Shown here in pieces: positions 1-9,392 of a DNA stretch of 32,000 nucleotides. This stretch comes from Candidatus Saccharimonadota bacterium (lineage in GTDB: Bacteria > Pseudomonadota > Gammaproteobacteria > Enterobacterales > Enterobacteriaceae). The DNA is taken from contig CP145869.1 of assembly GCA_041941765.1 (NCBI GenBank), positions 30,001 to 62,000 on the forward strand, in the 5' to 3' direction. A program made the translations under genes and the position numbers. Position 1 is the first letter of the stretch; each line of letters begins with the position of its first letter. The notes beneath the pieces were generated by a model. The model made no database searches. It was not told where the DNA came from and saw only the letters and a program-made list of their open reading frames with translations.

Positions 1-458
1 TTCTTGAAAATCCAATACATTTCATATTCATTAGCATTGGATATCCACTGTGCAGCTGATAATCCATTAGTTGGATCCATACGCATATCAAGAGGTCCAT
101 CATGCATAAAAGAAAAACCACGTTCAGCATGGTCAATTTGGTGAGTTGAAATTCCAAGATCTAATAATATTCCATCAATACATCCAATTAATTTCTTCTT
201 ATTCATATAAATAGCTAAATTAGAAAATTGTCCCGGAATAATAGTAAATCTTGAATCATTAATACTAGCAGCAATTTTGATCGCTTGAGGATCACGATCT
301 ATCGCATATAAATGTCCTTGAGAATTTAATTTAGACAAAATTAATTTAGTATGACCTCCTCCTCCAAAGGTACCATCAATATATAAACCATTAGGTTTAA
401 TATTAAGACCATTAATAGCTTCCGATGCTAAGACTGGAGAATGAGTAAGTAATTTCAT
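1..458 (-). CDS. rsmH: 16S rRNA (cytosine1402-N4)-methyltransferase RsmH (MraW). N-terminal ~152 codons only; the 3' part runs off the window.
   Basis: Absent from the ORF track because it is truncated by the window edge. The reverse complement from the ATG at 458-456 reads [44 protein letters not shown]...AIDRDPQAI...[35 protein letters not shown]. This is colinear with the E. coli RsmH N-terminus, including the GTFGxGGH SAM-binding motif. Confidence 0.9.
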   Translation of the reverse strand, partial: MKLLTHSPVLASEAINGLNIKPNGLYIDGTFGGGGHTKLILSKLNSQGHLYAIDRDPQAIKIAASINDSRFTIIPGQFSNLAIYMNKKKLIGCIDGILLDLGISTHQIDHAERGFSFMHDGPLDMRMDPTNGLSAAQWISNANEYEMYWIFK

Positions 459-614
459 AATTATTATTTATGGAAAATGTCTAATAATGATAGATTGTTT
501 TGAACGGAGAATTTAAAATATCTAAAGAATAGATTTATATATTATTATATGCAAATAATAATTCATTCATATATATCTATTAACAAAAAACCATTATTAT
601 ATAAAATAAAAAAC

Positions 615-1625
615 ATGAATATTTCTCTAAAAATTAGTAGATATCTATTCTATATACTACTTATATTTTTTAATAGTACAGTCAGTAAAGCTTCTACTGT
701 TCCTGTTATTATTGATACAATAGCTTTAAGAATTAATAATAATATTTTATTAACAAGTGAGATTGATTTTATTAAAAGGGAAAATTTCAATCCTTTTTTA
801 GATAAGTTTATACCTAATGATAAACTAATTAAACAAATAATTTTAAAAAATATTTTATTTAAAATAGGAAAAAAACAAAAGATTTCTGTAACTAAACGTC
901 AAATTTATCACCGTATGATACTTCACCTAAAAAATATGGCAGATAGAAAACATCTAACACTTTATCAATTCTATCATGATGTTTTTGCTCAATGTAAATG
1001 GAAATATCATTTATTATATCAACAAATTCTTCAAAATCTCATGATTCAATCAGTTATTAAAAATCATCTTAAAAATGATATATTTATAACACCAAATGAA
1101 ATAACACAACAGATTAAAAATCAAACTAATAATTCCTATTATTATTATAAGTATCCGCCAAAAATCTTTATTACTGAAATGCATGTAAGAGATATATTAC
1201 TAGCACCAACAAAAAATAATAAAAAAAAAATGTTAAATAATTTTTTTTTAGAAGAGATGAACCATCGAAAAAAAAATTTTTATATAGCAGCTACTCAGCA
1301 ATCTTCTTATCAAGACTTCATTTCCGTTTGGAAAAGAGATTTAGGTTGGATAACTCCAGATATGTTAGGTGAACCATTAGGTTTTGTATTATTAAATTTA
1401 AATAAAAATGAGATTAGTCCTCCAGTTTTTTATAACAATCATTGGCACTTAATTCAATTACAAAAAACACGTAAAACTAATTACACTAATATTCTTTTGA
1501 AAGAACGAGCATTAATCCTTCTATATCAAATCAAATGGAATTTAGCAATCCAACCATGGATAAGAAACAAAGTGGAACAAGCTTTTATTAAAATACTAGA
1601 TCCAAAATTTAATGGATTTTATTAA
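615..1625 (+). CDS. surA: Periplasmic chaperone / peptidyl-prolyl isomerase SurA, short form with a single parvulin domain
   Basis: The ORF track gives 549..1625. I prefer the ATG at 615 because MNISLKISRYLFYILLIFFNSTVSKA looks like a signal peptide. The C-terminal half matches E. coli SurA P2 domain and tail: HVRDILL ~ HARHILL, DLGWITPDM ~ DLGWATPDI, WHLIQL ~ WHLIEL. It is followed by rsmA and apaH as in the E. coli surA-pdxA-ksgA-apaG-apaH operon. Confidence 0.85.
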   Translation: MNISLKISRYLFYILLIFFNSTVSKASTVPVIIDTIALRINNNILLTSEIDFIKRENFNPFLDKFIPNDKLIKQIILKNILFKIGKKQKISVTKRQIYHRMILHLKNMADRKHLTLYQFYHDVFAQCKWKYHLLYQQILQNLMIQSVIKNHLKNDIFITPNEITQQIKNQTNNSYYYYKYPPKIFITEMHVRDILLAPTKNNKKKMLNNFFLEEMNHRKKNFYIAATQQSSYQDFISVWKRDLGWITPDMLGEPLGFVLLNLNKNEISPPVFYNNHWHLIQLQKTRKTNYTNILLKERALILLYQIKWNLAIQPWIRNKVEQAFIKILDPKFNGFY

Positions 1626-1677
1626 GATTGTATTAACACTTTTGTCTATTTAAACTAGTGGAGAGAATATATTAATT

Positions 1678-2490
1678 ATGGTTAATGACAGGTTTTTTGT
1701 TCAGAAAAAATTGGGTCAACATTTTCTTCATGATAATTCAGTTATTAATAAAATTATTGAAATAATTTCTCCTAAACCTCAGAATACACTAGTTGAAATT
1801 GGTTCTGGTTTAGGTGCTTTGACTAAACCTATTAGTGAATATGTTACCAATCTAACAGCAATTGAAATTGATGTAAAATTAATTAAATTACTTAAGACTA
1901 ATGAGTCTCTAATGAAAAAATTAAAAATCTATCCGCAAAATGTTTTAACTTTTAATTTTACTGAATTTTCACAGAAAAAAGGAAAAATATTACGTATATT
2001 TGGAAATATACCTTATAATATTTCTACTTCTCTTTTATTTCATCTATTTTCTCATATCAAAGTTATCAAAGATATGCATTTATTATTACAAAAAGAATTC
2101 GTAGATCGTATAATTGCGGTTCCAGGATGTAAAGAGTACGGCAGATTAAGTGTGATCTCACAATATTATTGTCGTTCTATTTCTCTTTTGGAAATTGTAC
2201 CAAACTCTTTTAAACCAAAACCTAAAGTAAAATCTGCTTTAATACGTTTAATTCCACATAATATAATGCCAAATTTAGTTAAAAATATTCAAGATTTAAA
2301 TATTATTACCAATCTAGCTTTTAGCCAACGTAGAAAAATGTTACGTAATAGTTTGAAGAAGTTATTTCCTGTAGAAGTTCTAGAACAAATAGGCATTCTT
2401 CCTACATTACGTGCGGAGAACATTTCAGTTGCACTTTATTGCCAATTAGCTAATTGGTGGACTTCACAATTAAAAAAAAACTTTGACTAA
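1678..2490 (+). CDS. rsmA: 16S rRNA (adenine1518/1519-N6)-dimethyltransferase RsmA (KsgA)
   Basis: 270 aa. It has the LGQHFLHD N-terminal motif, the [14 protein letters not shown]-binding loop and the GNIPYNIST catalytic motif. Its position between surA and apaH is conserved. Confidence 0.95.
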   Translation: MVNDRFFVQKKLGQHFLHDNSVINKIIEIISPKPQNTLVEIGSGLGALTKPISEYVTNLTAIEIDVKLIKLLKTNESLMKKLKIYPQNVLTFNFTEFSQKKGKILRIFGNIPYNISTSLLFHLFSHIKVIKDMHLLLQKEFVDRIIAVPGCKEYGRLSVISQYYCRSISLLEIVPNSFKPKPKVKSALIRLIPHNIMPNLVKNIQDLNIITNLAFSQRRKMLRNSLKKLFPVEVLEQIGILPTLRAENISVALYCQLANWWTSQLKKNFD

Positions 2491-2522
2491 ATTTGATCTT
2501 GTTGTGTAAGGTGAATTTGTTT

Positions 2523-3368
2523 ATGAGTACCTATTTAATTGGTGATGTTCATGGATATTACAACGAATTATGTATCCTCTTAAATCGAGTAAGTTTTAAT
2601 CCGAAAAAAGATATACTGTGGTTAACTGGAGATCTCGTAGCACGAGGACCTAATTCATTAAAAGTATTACGTTATGTTAAATCTTTGGAAAACTCAGTAC
2701 GTTTAGTTTTAGGTAATCATGATCTTAATCTCATTGCATTATCTGGTGGAAACTATAAAAAGACTACCCCTGATCTGGAAGAAATTATTAACTCTTCAGA
2801 TGCAGACGATCTGATTGATTGGTTACGTCACCAACCATTATTACAAATTGATGAAGAAAAAAAAATTATTATGTCACATGCTGGAATTTATCCTAAATGG
2901 GATCTTTATACTGCTAAACAATGTGCACGAGAAGTAGAATTAATACTTGCCAGTAATGATTATATAGCTTTTATTAATTCTATGTATAATAGTAATATTA
3001 ATAATATACCCAACAATTGGAATCCTAACTTAAAAGGGATGGCACGATGGCGATTTATCACAAATGTTCTCACACGTATGCGTTACTGTTATCCTCAAGG
3101 TCAATTAGATCTAGTTTGTAAAGATCCACCATCTTCTGTCTCAACACTATTGAAACCCTGGTTCTCTCTTCCTAATCAAATTATTTCTTTAGATGAAGAA
3201 GCTTCTTATACTATCATTTTTGGTCATTGGGCTGCATTAAATGGTCAACATACTCCTCAAGGAATTATTGGTTTGGATACGGGTTGTTGTTGGGGAGGAT
3301 CATTAACAATGTTATGCTGGGAAAAAAAAACTTTAATTGTTCAATCATGTTCTAATAAAAACATATAA
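2523..3368 (+). CDS. apaH: Bis(5'-nucleosyl)-tetraphosphatase, symmetrical (ApaH)
   Basis: The ORF track starts at a TTG at 2493. The ATG at 2523 gives [16 protein letters not shown], which matches the E. coli ApaH N-terminus, and is preceded by AAGGTG about 10 nt upstream. Metallophosphatase motifs [13 protein letters not shown] and GNHD are present. Length is 281 aa against about 280 aa in E. coli. Confidence 0.93.
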   Translation: MSTYLIGDVHGYYNELCILLNRVSFNPKKDILWLTGDLVARGPNSLKVLRYVKSLENSVRLVLGNHDLNLIALSGGNYKKTTPDLEEIINSSDADDLIDWLRHQPLLQIDEEKKIIMSHAGIYPKWDLYTAKQCAREVELILASNDYIAFINSMYNSNINNIPNNWNPNLKGMARWRFITNVLTRMRYCYPQGQLDLVCKDPPSSVSTLLKPWFSLPNQIISLDEEASYTIIFGHWAALNGQHTPQGIIGLDTGCCWGGSLTMLCWEKKTLIVQSCSNKNI

Positions 3369-3389
3369 AACCTATTAATGTGATTTCTC

Positions 3390-4778
3390 TTATTCACTGC
3401 ATATTTCAGCATAATTATCAAATCTTGACCATTTACTATTAAAGATCAATTTTATTGATCCTATAGGACCATTACGTTGTTTCCCAAGAATAATTTCAGT
3501 TATTCCTTTAGTATCATCAAGATTATCATTATATACTTCATCTCTATAAATAAACATAACTACATCTGCATCTTGTTCAATTGATCCAGATTCACGTAAA
3601 TCAGAATTTACAGGACGTTTATTAGTTCTTTGTTCTAATAAACGATTGAGTTGAGATAATGCAACTACTGGCACTTGTAATTCTTTGGCCAAGGCTTTTA
3701 AAGAACGAGAAATTTCAGAAATTTCAAGAGTACGATTTCCAGAAAGTGCTGGCACTCGCATAAGCTGTAAATAATCTATCATTATAAGGCTTAATCCATT
3801 ATGTTCTCTAAATATACGTCTCGTTCGTGATCTAATTTCTGTAGGAGTAAGAGTTGATGAATCATCTATATACATATTAGGTTTTTCTATAAAACTTTTT
3901 ATTGTGCTAGAAATACGTGCCCAGTCATTATCATTGAGTTGTCCAGTACGAATTTTAGTATGATCTACACGTGATAAAGAGGCTAAGATTCGCATCATTA
4001 TTTGTTCTGATGGCATTTCAAGACTAAAAATTAATACCGGTTTATCTTGAGTCAAAGCAGCATGTTCACATAAATTCATAGCCAAAGTAGTTTTTCCCAT
4101 GGATGGTCGTGCTGCAATAATTATTAAATCGGATTTCTGTAATCCTGCAGTTTTTCTATCCAGATCATAATATCCAGTAGAAATTCCAGTTACATTATTT
4201 GAAGATGGCGTTTTATATAATGATTCTATCTTAGATAGAGTATATTCTATAATTTTATCAATACTTTTAGGTCCATTATGTTTTGCACGTTTAGTGGCGA
4301 TTTGAAAAATTCGCGATTCTGCCATATCTAATAGATCATTACTATTGAATCCTACTAGATTATAACAAAACTCGTTAATTTCATTGGTAACGAAAATTAT
4401 TTCACGTATTACGGCATGTTCACGTACAATTTCTGCATATGCATTAATGTTTGCCGTACTCGGAGTATTTTTAGAGAGTTCAGCTAAATAAGCGAAACCT
4501 CCTACTTTATCTAGCTTTCCTTCTTGATTTAATGATTCTGAAAGAGTAATTAAATCAATGGGTTTTCCCCGTTCTATAAGACGTTGCATCTCATTAAAAA
4601 TTAGACGATGAGCATAAGTAAAAAAATCATCAGCTATTAATGTTTCAATTACATTATCCCAACAATAATTATCTAACATTAAACCTCCTAATACAGATTG
4701 TTCGGCTTCTAAAGAATGAGGTAGTCGCTTAATGTATCGATCACTTGAACTAGATTTGATGAATTTATTTGCTATCAT
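3390..4778 (-). CDS. dnaB: Replicative DNA helicase DnaB
   Basis: 462 aa. It has the N-terminal PHSLEAEQSVLGGLMLD motif, Walker A ARPSMGKTT, and the LIMIDYLQLM and SQLNR motifs typical of DnaB. Confidence 0.97.
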   Translation of the reverse strand: MIANKFIKSSSSDRYIKRLPHSLEAEQSVLGGLMLDNYCWDNVIETLIADDFFTYAHRLIFNEMQRLIERGKPIDLITLSESLNQEGKLDKVGGFAYLAELSKNTPSTANINAYAEIVREHAVIREIIFVTNEINEFCYNLVGFNSNDLLDMAESRIFQIATKRAKHNGPKSIDKIIEYTLSKIESLYKTPSSNNVTGISTGYYDLDRKTAGLQKSDLIIIAARPSMGKTTLAMNLCEHAALTQDKPVLIFSLEMPSEQIMMRILASLSRVDHTKIRTGQLNDNDWARISSTIKSFIEKPNMYIDDSSTLTPTEIRSRTRRIFREHNGLSLIMIDYLQLMRVPALSGNRTLEISEISRSLKALAKELQVPVVALSQLNRLLEQRTNKRPVNSDLRESGSIEQDADVVMFIYRDEVYNDNLDDTKGITEIILGKQRNGPIGSIKLIFNSKWSRFDNYAEICSE

Positions 4779-5048
4779 AATTTTTCTACCAAAAAGTTAC
4801 TATCATCTAATTATTAGATATTTATCCTAATATTCAAAATACTTCGTGAGTAAAGATTATTAGATTTTATAATAAAACATCATTATTTTAATTATTATTC
4901 TTTTGATTTTAAATAGTGTGTTTCTTTGGAATTCTGTTAGAATTGACAATAATAAAAATAGAATGAATTTTATATTCTATATATAATAACAAATAATCTT
5001 TTAGATATTTATTAAGAATTTATATTTTTTTTTTCAGAGGATATTCAT

Positions 5049-5585
5049 ATGGCTAATAGAGGAGTAAATAAAGTAATTCTTATTGGCAATTTAGGTCAGA
5101 ATCCCGAAGTTCGTTATATGACAAATGGTGGAGCAGTTACTAATTTTACTTTAGCTACATCAGAAATATGGCGTGATAAACAAAGTGGACAGACTAAAGA
5201 AAAAACTGAATGGCATCGTATTGTTTTATTTGGAAAAGTAGCTGAAATTGCTGGGGAACTCTTACATAAAGGATCTCAAGTATATATAGAAGGATCATTA
5301 CAAACACGTAAATGGCAAGATAATAACGGACAAGAACGATATATGACTGAAATTATAGTAGGTGTAAATGGTACTATGCAAATAATAGGTAATCGTCATC
5401 CTTCTAAAAATGCTTCAGTAGGAACAAACATTGTAAATTCCAAAAAGAATGGGACACAACCACAGTCCAATCAAAAAAAGAAATTAGATGATAATAATAA
5501 TAAACAGCTCATCTCATCAAATAATAATGATAAATCACCAATGAATTTGGATGAGGAGGAAGAAGATGATGATATTCCTTTTTAA
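5049..5585 (+). CDS. ssb: Single-stranded DNA-binding protein SSB
   Basis: 178 aa. The OB-fold N-terminus is [36 protein letters not shown]...[11 protein letters not shown], and the canonical acidic tip is DDDIPF. An AGAGGA RBS lies upstream. Confidence 0.97.
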   Translation: MANRGVNKVILIGNLGQNPEVRYMTNGGAVTNFTLATSEIWRDKQSGQTKEKTEWHRIVLFGKVAEIAGELLHKGSQVYIEGSLQTRKWQDNNGQERYMTEIIVGVNGTMQIIGNRHPSKNASVGTNIVNSKKNGTQPQSNQKKKLDDNNNKQLISSNNNDKSPMNLDEEEEDDDIPF

Positions 5586-5611
5586 TTAATTACATTTCTA
5601 TTATTCTTTAA

Positions 5612-5652
5612 GGTCCTGACTTGTGCTAATAAGCAGGATCAATATTTTTTTA
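5612..5652 (+). terminator. Putative rho-independent terminator of ssb
   Basis: GGTCCTGACTT / AAGCAGGATC forms a stem of about 10 bp (one bulged A, one G-U) with an 8-nt loop. It is followed by AATATTTTTTTATTT and lies about 27 nt after the ssb stop. Confidence 0.55.
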
Positions 5653-5787
5653 TTTATACTAAAAATATTATAATAAATAATTTATTAAAATTATGTCATT
5701 TTACATTATTCTCTTTTTTTATTTAACAGCCCATCTAATTTTAAAATCTCTACGAAATGATATTGAATTTTATCAAAACCAATAAAC

Positions 5788-7440
5788 ATGGACATATTTT
5801 TAAATATTCTAATATTGATGGTATTAGTATCCTTATCAGGAATTATTAAACGTATTATACCATATCAACTTCCTTTGCCATTATTACAAATTAGTATGGG
5901 TAGCATTATAGCATGGCCGAAGTTTGGTTTCCATATGAATTTTAATTCAGAACTCTTTATGATTTTATTTATACCTCCTTTATTATTTGTAGATGGATGG
6001 AAAACCCCTCCTAGTGAATTTATTAAACATGGTCGAGAGATTGTAGCATTAGCGTTAATTTTAGTAGTATTAACAGTAGTGATAATTGGTTATCTGATCT
6101 ATTGGATAGTACCAGAAATGCCGTTATTACCTGCATTTTGTTTGGCTGCAGTATTATCACCCACCGATGCAGTTGCTTTATCTGGAATCATTGGGGAAGC
6201 AAGAATACCTAAAAAAATTAGGGCTATATTACAAGGTGAAGCATTGACGAATGATGCTTCTAGTTTAGTTGCTTTAAAAATTGCAGTAGCAGTTTCTCTA
6301 GGAGAAATGGCCTTTACTTTTTCTGGAGCCATAATTGAATTTATAAAAATCTTTATTGGGGGAATAACAGCTGGAATTGTTATAACCTTATTATATGGAA
6401 AGGCTTTACGTTCTATGAGTAGATGGACTGAAGAAGAAGATCCAGTAACAGAAATTATTGGTTTATTTTTATTACCTTTTGCATGTTCTTTTACAGCAGA
6501 TTGTATTGATTTATCAGGAATATTAGCAGCAGGAGCTGCCGGAATGACAGTATCTAAATCAGGTATTATTCATCATGCTCCATTATCTATGCGTTTACGC
6601 GCTAATAGTGTTTGGTCAATGCTCGAATTTCTTTTTAATGGTATAGTTTTTATTTTATTTGGATTACAATTACCTAAAATAATTAAAAATACCTTATCTA
6701 GAGTCCATATGGATACATCCATTAACTTGGGAATATTATTCTTAGATATTGTTTGTATTTATATAGCATTATTACTGCTTCGTTTTAGCTGGTTATTAAC
6801 CATGCAATATATCAGTTCTCATTTTTTTACAAGACATCCTCTAGAATTTAGTAAATATAATTTACGTGAATTACTTACAGCATCTTTTGCGGGAGTGCGA
6901 GGAGCTATTACTCTGGCTGGGGTTTTATCAATCCCGCATTTTATAAATTTTAATCAAGAATTTCCTGCACGTTATGAACTAATTTTTTTATCTACAGGTG
7001 TAATTTTATTTTCATTATTTATAGCAATGATAGTATTACCCTTTCTCTTACGAGGGGTTTCAACCCTTGATACTTTTATACTAAAACATGAAAGACAAAA
7101 AGCGCGTTCTGTTATGGCTCAAGTAGCAATTGAAAGTTTATATAAAATGCAAGATAGATTAATTAGTGATACTACTGAGAATATTGATTCGGAATTAATA
7201 AAAGAAGTAACTTCGCGCGTCATCGGTAATTTACGAAGACGTTTATTAGATACCGATCAAAATATAGATGAAATTTTATTTCTCGATAACTTAGAAAGAC
7301 GTTTTCTCTTAACTAGTTTACGTGCTGAACGTGGAGAATTGTATCATTTACGTGCTACTCAAAAAATCAGTGACGAAACTATGCAAAAATTATTATATGA
7401 ATTAGATTTAATAGAAGCATTATTAAGAGAGAATCAATAA
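5788..7440 (+). CDS. yjcE: CPA1-family Na+/H+ (cation/proton) exchanger, YjcE-like
   Basis: 550 aa polytopic membrane protein. It has the exchanger motifs LSPTDAVA and GEALTNDASS. Its size matches E. coli YjcE (about 549 aa), and its position near ssb matches the E. coli ssb...yjcE neighbourhood. The symbol rests on synteny and size only. Confidence 0.8.
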   Translation: MDIFLNILILMVLVSLSGIIKRIIPYQLPLPLLQISMGSIIAWPKFGFHMNFNSELFMILFIPPLLFVDGWKTPPSEFIKHGREIVALALILVVLTVVIIGYLIYWIVPEMPLLPAFCLAAVLSPTDAVALSGIIGEARIPKKIRAILQGEALTNDASSLVALKIAVAVSLGEMAFTFSGAIIEFIKIFIGGITAGIVITLLYGKALRSMSRWTEEEDPVTEIIGLFLLPFACSFTADCIDLSGILAAGAAGMTVSKSGIIHHAPLSMRLRANSVWSMLEFLFNGIVFILFGLQLPKIIKNTLSRVHMDTSINLGILFLDIVCIYIALLLLRFSWLLTMQYISSHFFTRHPLEFSKYNLRELLTASFAGVRGAITLAGVLSIPHFINFNQEFPARYELIFLSTGVILFSLFIAMIVLPFLLRGVSTLDTFILKHERQKARSVMAQVAIESLYKMQDRLISDTTENIDSELIKEVTSRVIGNLRRRLLDTDQNIDEILFLDNLERRFLLTSLRAERGELYHLRATQKISDETMQKLLYELDLIEALLRENQ

Positions 7441-7470
7441 ACCTTCAATTTAAGGTTTATTTATTTTTTA
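7439..7470. terminator. Possible shared terminator hairpin between the convergent yjcE-like gene and rdgB
   Basis: AAACCTT (7439-7445) pairs with AAGGTTT (7452-7458) around a 6-nt loop, followed by ATTTATTTTTT. The stem is AT-rich and short, so this is weak. Confidence 0.35.
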
Positions 7471-8070
7471 TTCTTGGTCCGACAAGAGAAATTGAAAGAA
7501 TTGTGTCATAGCTTTTGCACGATGAGAAAAAGTATTTTTATATTTTAAATCTATTTTAGTAATAGTTTGATTACATCCTATAGGAATAAACATAGGATCA
7601 TAACCAAAGCCTTCACAGTTATCACTATAATTAATAATAATTGTTCCTTCCCATATAGCTTCAAAAAAATTATATTGATCTAACTTCGATTTATATACTA
7701 AAACACATCTATATCTAGCTGGTGTAGATGTAAGATTATTATTGAATAAAAATTTTTTTAATTTATTACGATTTTCTTTTTCAGTAGCATTAATACCCGC
7801 ATACCTGGCTGAATAAACTCCTGGAATATTATTAAAATTCATTAGTTCTAAACCAGAATCATCCGATAAAACTGGAGATTTATAATACTCATAAGCCATA
7901 TTAGCTTTAATTAAAGCATTATCTAAATAATTTGTTCCATTTTCATCAATAATGTCACCCAATTTTCGCGAAATAGGTTCAAATTCTATTAAGAAATTAT
8001 TAGTTTTCGTTATTTGTATAAATTCTATTAATTTCCATTGATTTAAGGTAGCTAAAATAATTTTTTGCAT
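7468..8070 (-). CDS. rdgB: dITP/XTP pyrophosphatase (Ham1/RdgB family)
   Basis: 200 aa. MQKIILAT.N..K, SDDSGL, GVYSARY, FGYDPMFIP and SHRAKA are colinear with E. coli RdgB. Confidence 0.9.
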   Translation of the reverse strand: MQKIILATLNQWKLIEFIQITKTNNFLIEFEPISRKLGDIIDENGTNYLDNALIKANMAYEYYKSPVLSDDSGLELMNFNNIPGVYSARYAGINATEKENRNKLKKFLFNNNLTSTPARYRCVLVYKSKLDQYNFFEAIWEGTIIINYSDNCEGFGYDPMFIPIGCNQTITKIDLKYKNTFSHRAKAMTQFFQFLLSDQE

Positions 8071-8079
8071 TTGATAGAT

Positions 8080-9159
8080 TTATTCTAATAAATTAAATGA
8101 AGAATGATTCTCATCAGAGACTAACCATTTAAGAGTTTTTCCGGCTAAAAAAGGAACCAAATAATCAGAACCCACTTGAATTTTATCAGGGACTCTCCAT
8201 GGTTTACGTATTAATTTAATTTGTTCCTGATTTAAAGGTAAACCATAATAACGTGGACCATTTTCTGCACAAAAAGATTCTAAATATTGTAAACAATTCA
8301 TTTCTTCAAATACTGTGGTATATGCAGCTAAAGCAGTAGGAGCATTAAATATACCTGCACAACCACATTGATTTTCTTTATTTTTACTTAAGTGAGGAGC
8401 TGTATCCGTACCAATAAAAAATCGTGTGCAACCAGTAGCAATAGCTTCACGTAGTGCTTGCTGGTGAATAGATCTTTTTAAAAGAGGTAGACAATATAGA
8501 TGTGGATGTAGTCCATACCTAAACATATGATTGCGATTGAACATCAAGTGTTGCGGTGTTATAGTAGCGGCTATATAATTATTACCTTCTAGAATATATT
8601 GCACAGCATCTTTAGTCGAAATATGTTCAAAGACTATTTTTAAGGTTGGAAACTTCTTACGTATAGGTTCTAATACTTTATCTATAAAAACCGATTCTCG
8701 ATCATAGATATCAATTTTTTCATCCGAAATTTCACCATGTATTAATAAAGGCATTTCTATTTGTTGAAGATGTTCTAAAAGAGGTATTATGTTATTAAGA
8801 TTTTTAATTCCATATCTGCTATTGATTGTAGTGTGTGAAAAATACAGTTTAGCTGCTATAAAAATTCTTTGAATAAAACCCCTAGTTATTTCTTTTAGAT
8901 CAAAATCATCAGTAATATAATAAGTCATTAAAGGTTGAAAAATATGAAAAGCAGGTATAGCAGATATAATACGATTTCGATAAAAAATAATACTTTCTAT
9001 ATTTTTTAGAGGTGGAAAAAGGTTAGGCATAATAATGGCACGAGCAAAAACACTACTGGTAAAAGGGAGCACACTACGTAATAACTCATTATCTCGTAAA
9101 TGAGTATGCCAATCATCAGGACGACGAATAATTAATTCATTTACTTTTTTTATAGTCAT
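8080..9159 (-). CDS. pyrC: Dihydroorotase (class II)
   Basis: 359 aa. [51 protein letters not shown] and [13 protein letters not shown] are colinear with E. coli PyrC. Confidence 0.96.
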   Translation of the reverse strand: MTIKKVNELIIRRPDDWHTHLRDNELLRSVLPFTSSVFARAIIMPNLFPPLKNIESIIFYRNRIISAIPAFHIFQPLMTYYITDDFDLKEITRGFIQRIFIAAKLYFSHTTINSRYGIKNLNNIIPLLEHLQQIEMPLLIHGEISDEKIDIYDRESVFIDKVLEPIRKKFPTLKIVFEHISTKDAVQYILEGNNYIAATITPQHLMFNRNHMFRYGLHPHLYCLPLLKRSIHQQALREAIATGCTRFFIGTDTAPHLSKNKENQCGCAGIFNAPTALAAYTTVFEEMNCLQYLESFCAENGPRYYGLPLNQEQIKLIRKPWRVPDKIQVGSDYLVPFLAGKTLKWLVSDENHSSFNLLE

Positions 9160-9392
9160 TATTTAATCCAATAGAATTATTATGAATTCATAATTAAAAA
9201 AAGTTTTTTTTATCATACATAATAACATCTAACTTGTAACTTTTCTACTACGTTATAGACTTTGTTATATATACATTATCGTTAATATTAGATGAATTTA
9301 AATCATCAGCGAATAATAAATAGCTTTTTTTTATAATAAAGAAAGCTATAGCCTACTATTTAGTAGATTATAACGAGGCGTAAGTAAAAACC

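Noticed and set aside
549-614. 5' extensions given by the ORF track: surA 549-614, apaH 2493-2522 (TTG), guaB 13637-13651, ispG 19557-19586 and ndk 21171-21200
   Set aside because: In each case an internal ATG reproduces the E. coli N-terminus (or, for surA, a signal peptide). For apaH, ispG and ndk that ATG has a better-placed Shine-Dalgarno-like element. The longer forms remain possible, since start sites cannot be proven from sequence alone.
4934-4949. LexA-box-like CTGT-N8-ACAA overlapping a TTGACA hexamer, about 100 bp upstream of ssb. In E. coli ssb shares an SOS-regulated spacer with uvrA.
   Set aside because: The second half-site lacks the critical CAG (it reads ACAA). Only about 12 of 20 positions match TACTGTATATATATACAGTA. 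The background is AT-rich. uvrA is absent here, and I cannot tell whether lexA exists in this genome. At best it is a decayed relic.
6099-6332. 77-aa ORF on the minus strand
   Set aside because: It lies entirely antisense inside the well-supported yjcE-like transporter gene. It has no recognisable motif or RBS. It is a typical shadow ORF.
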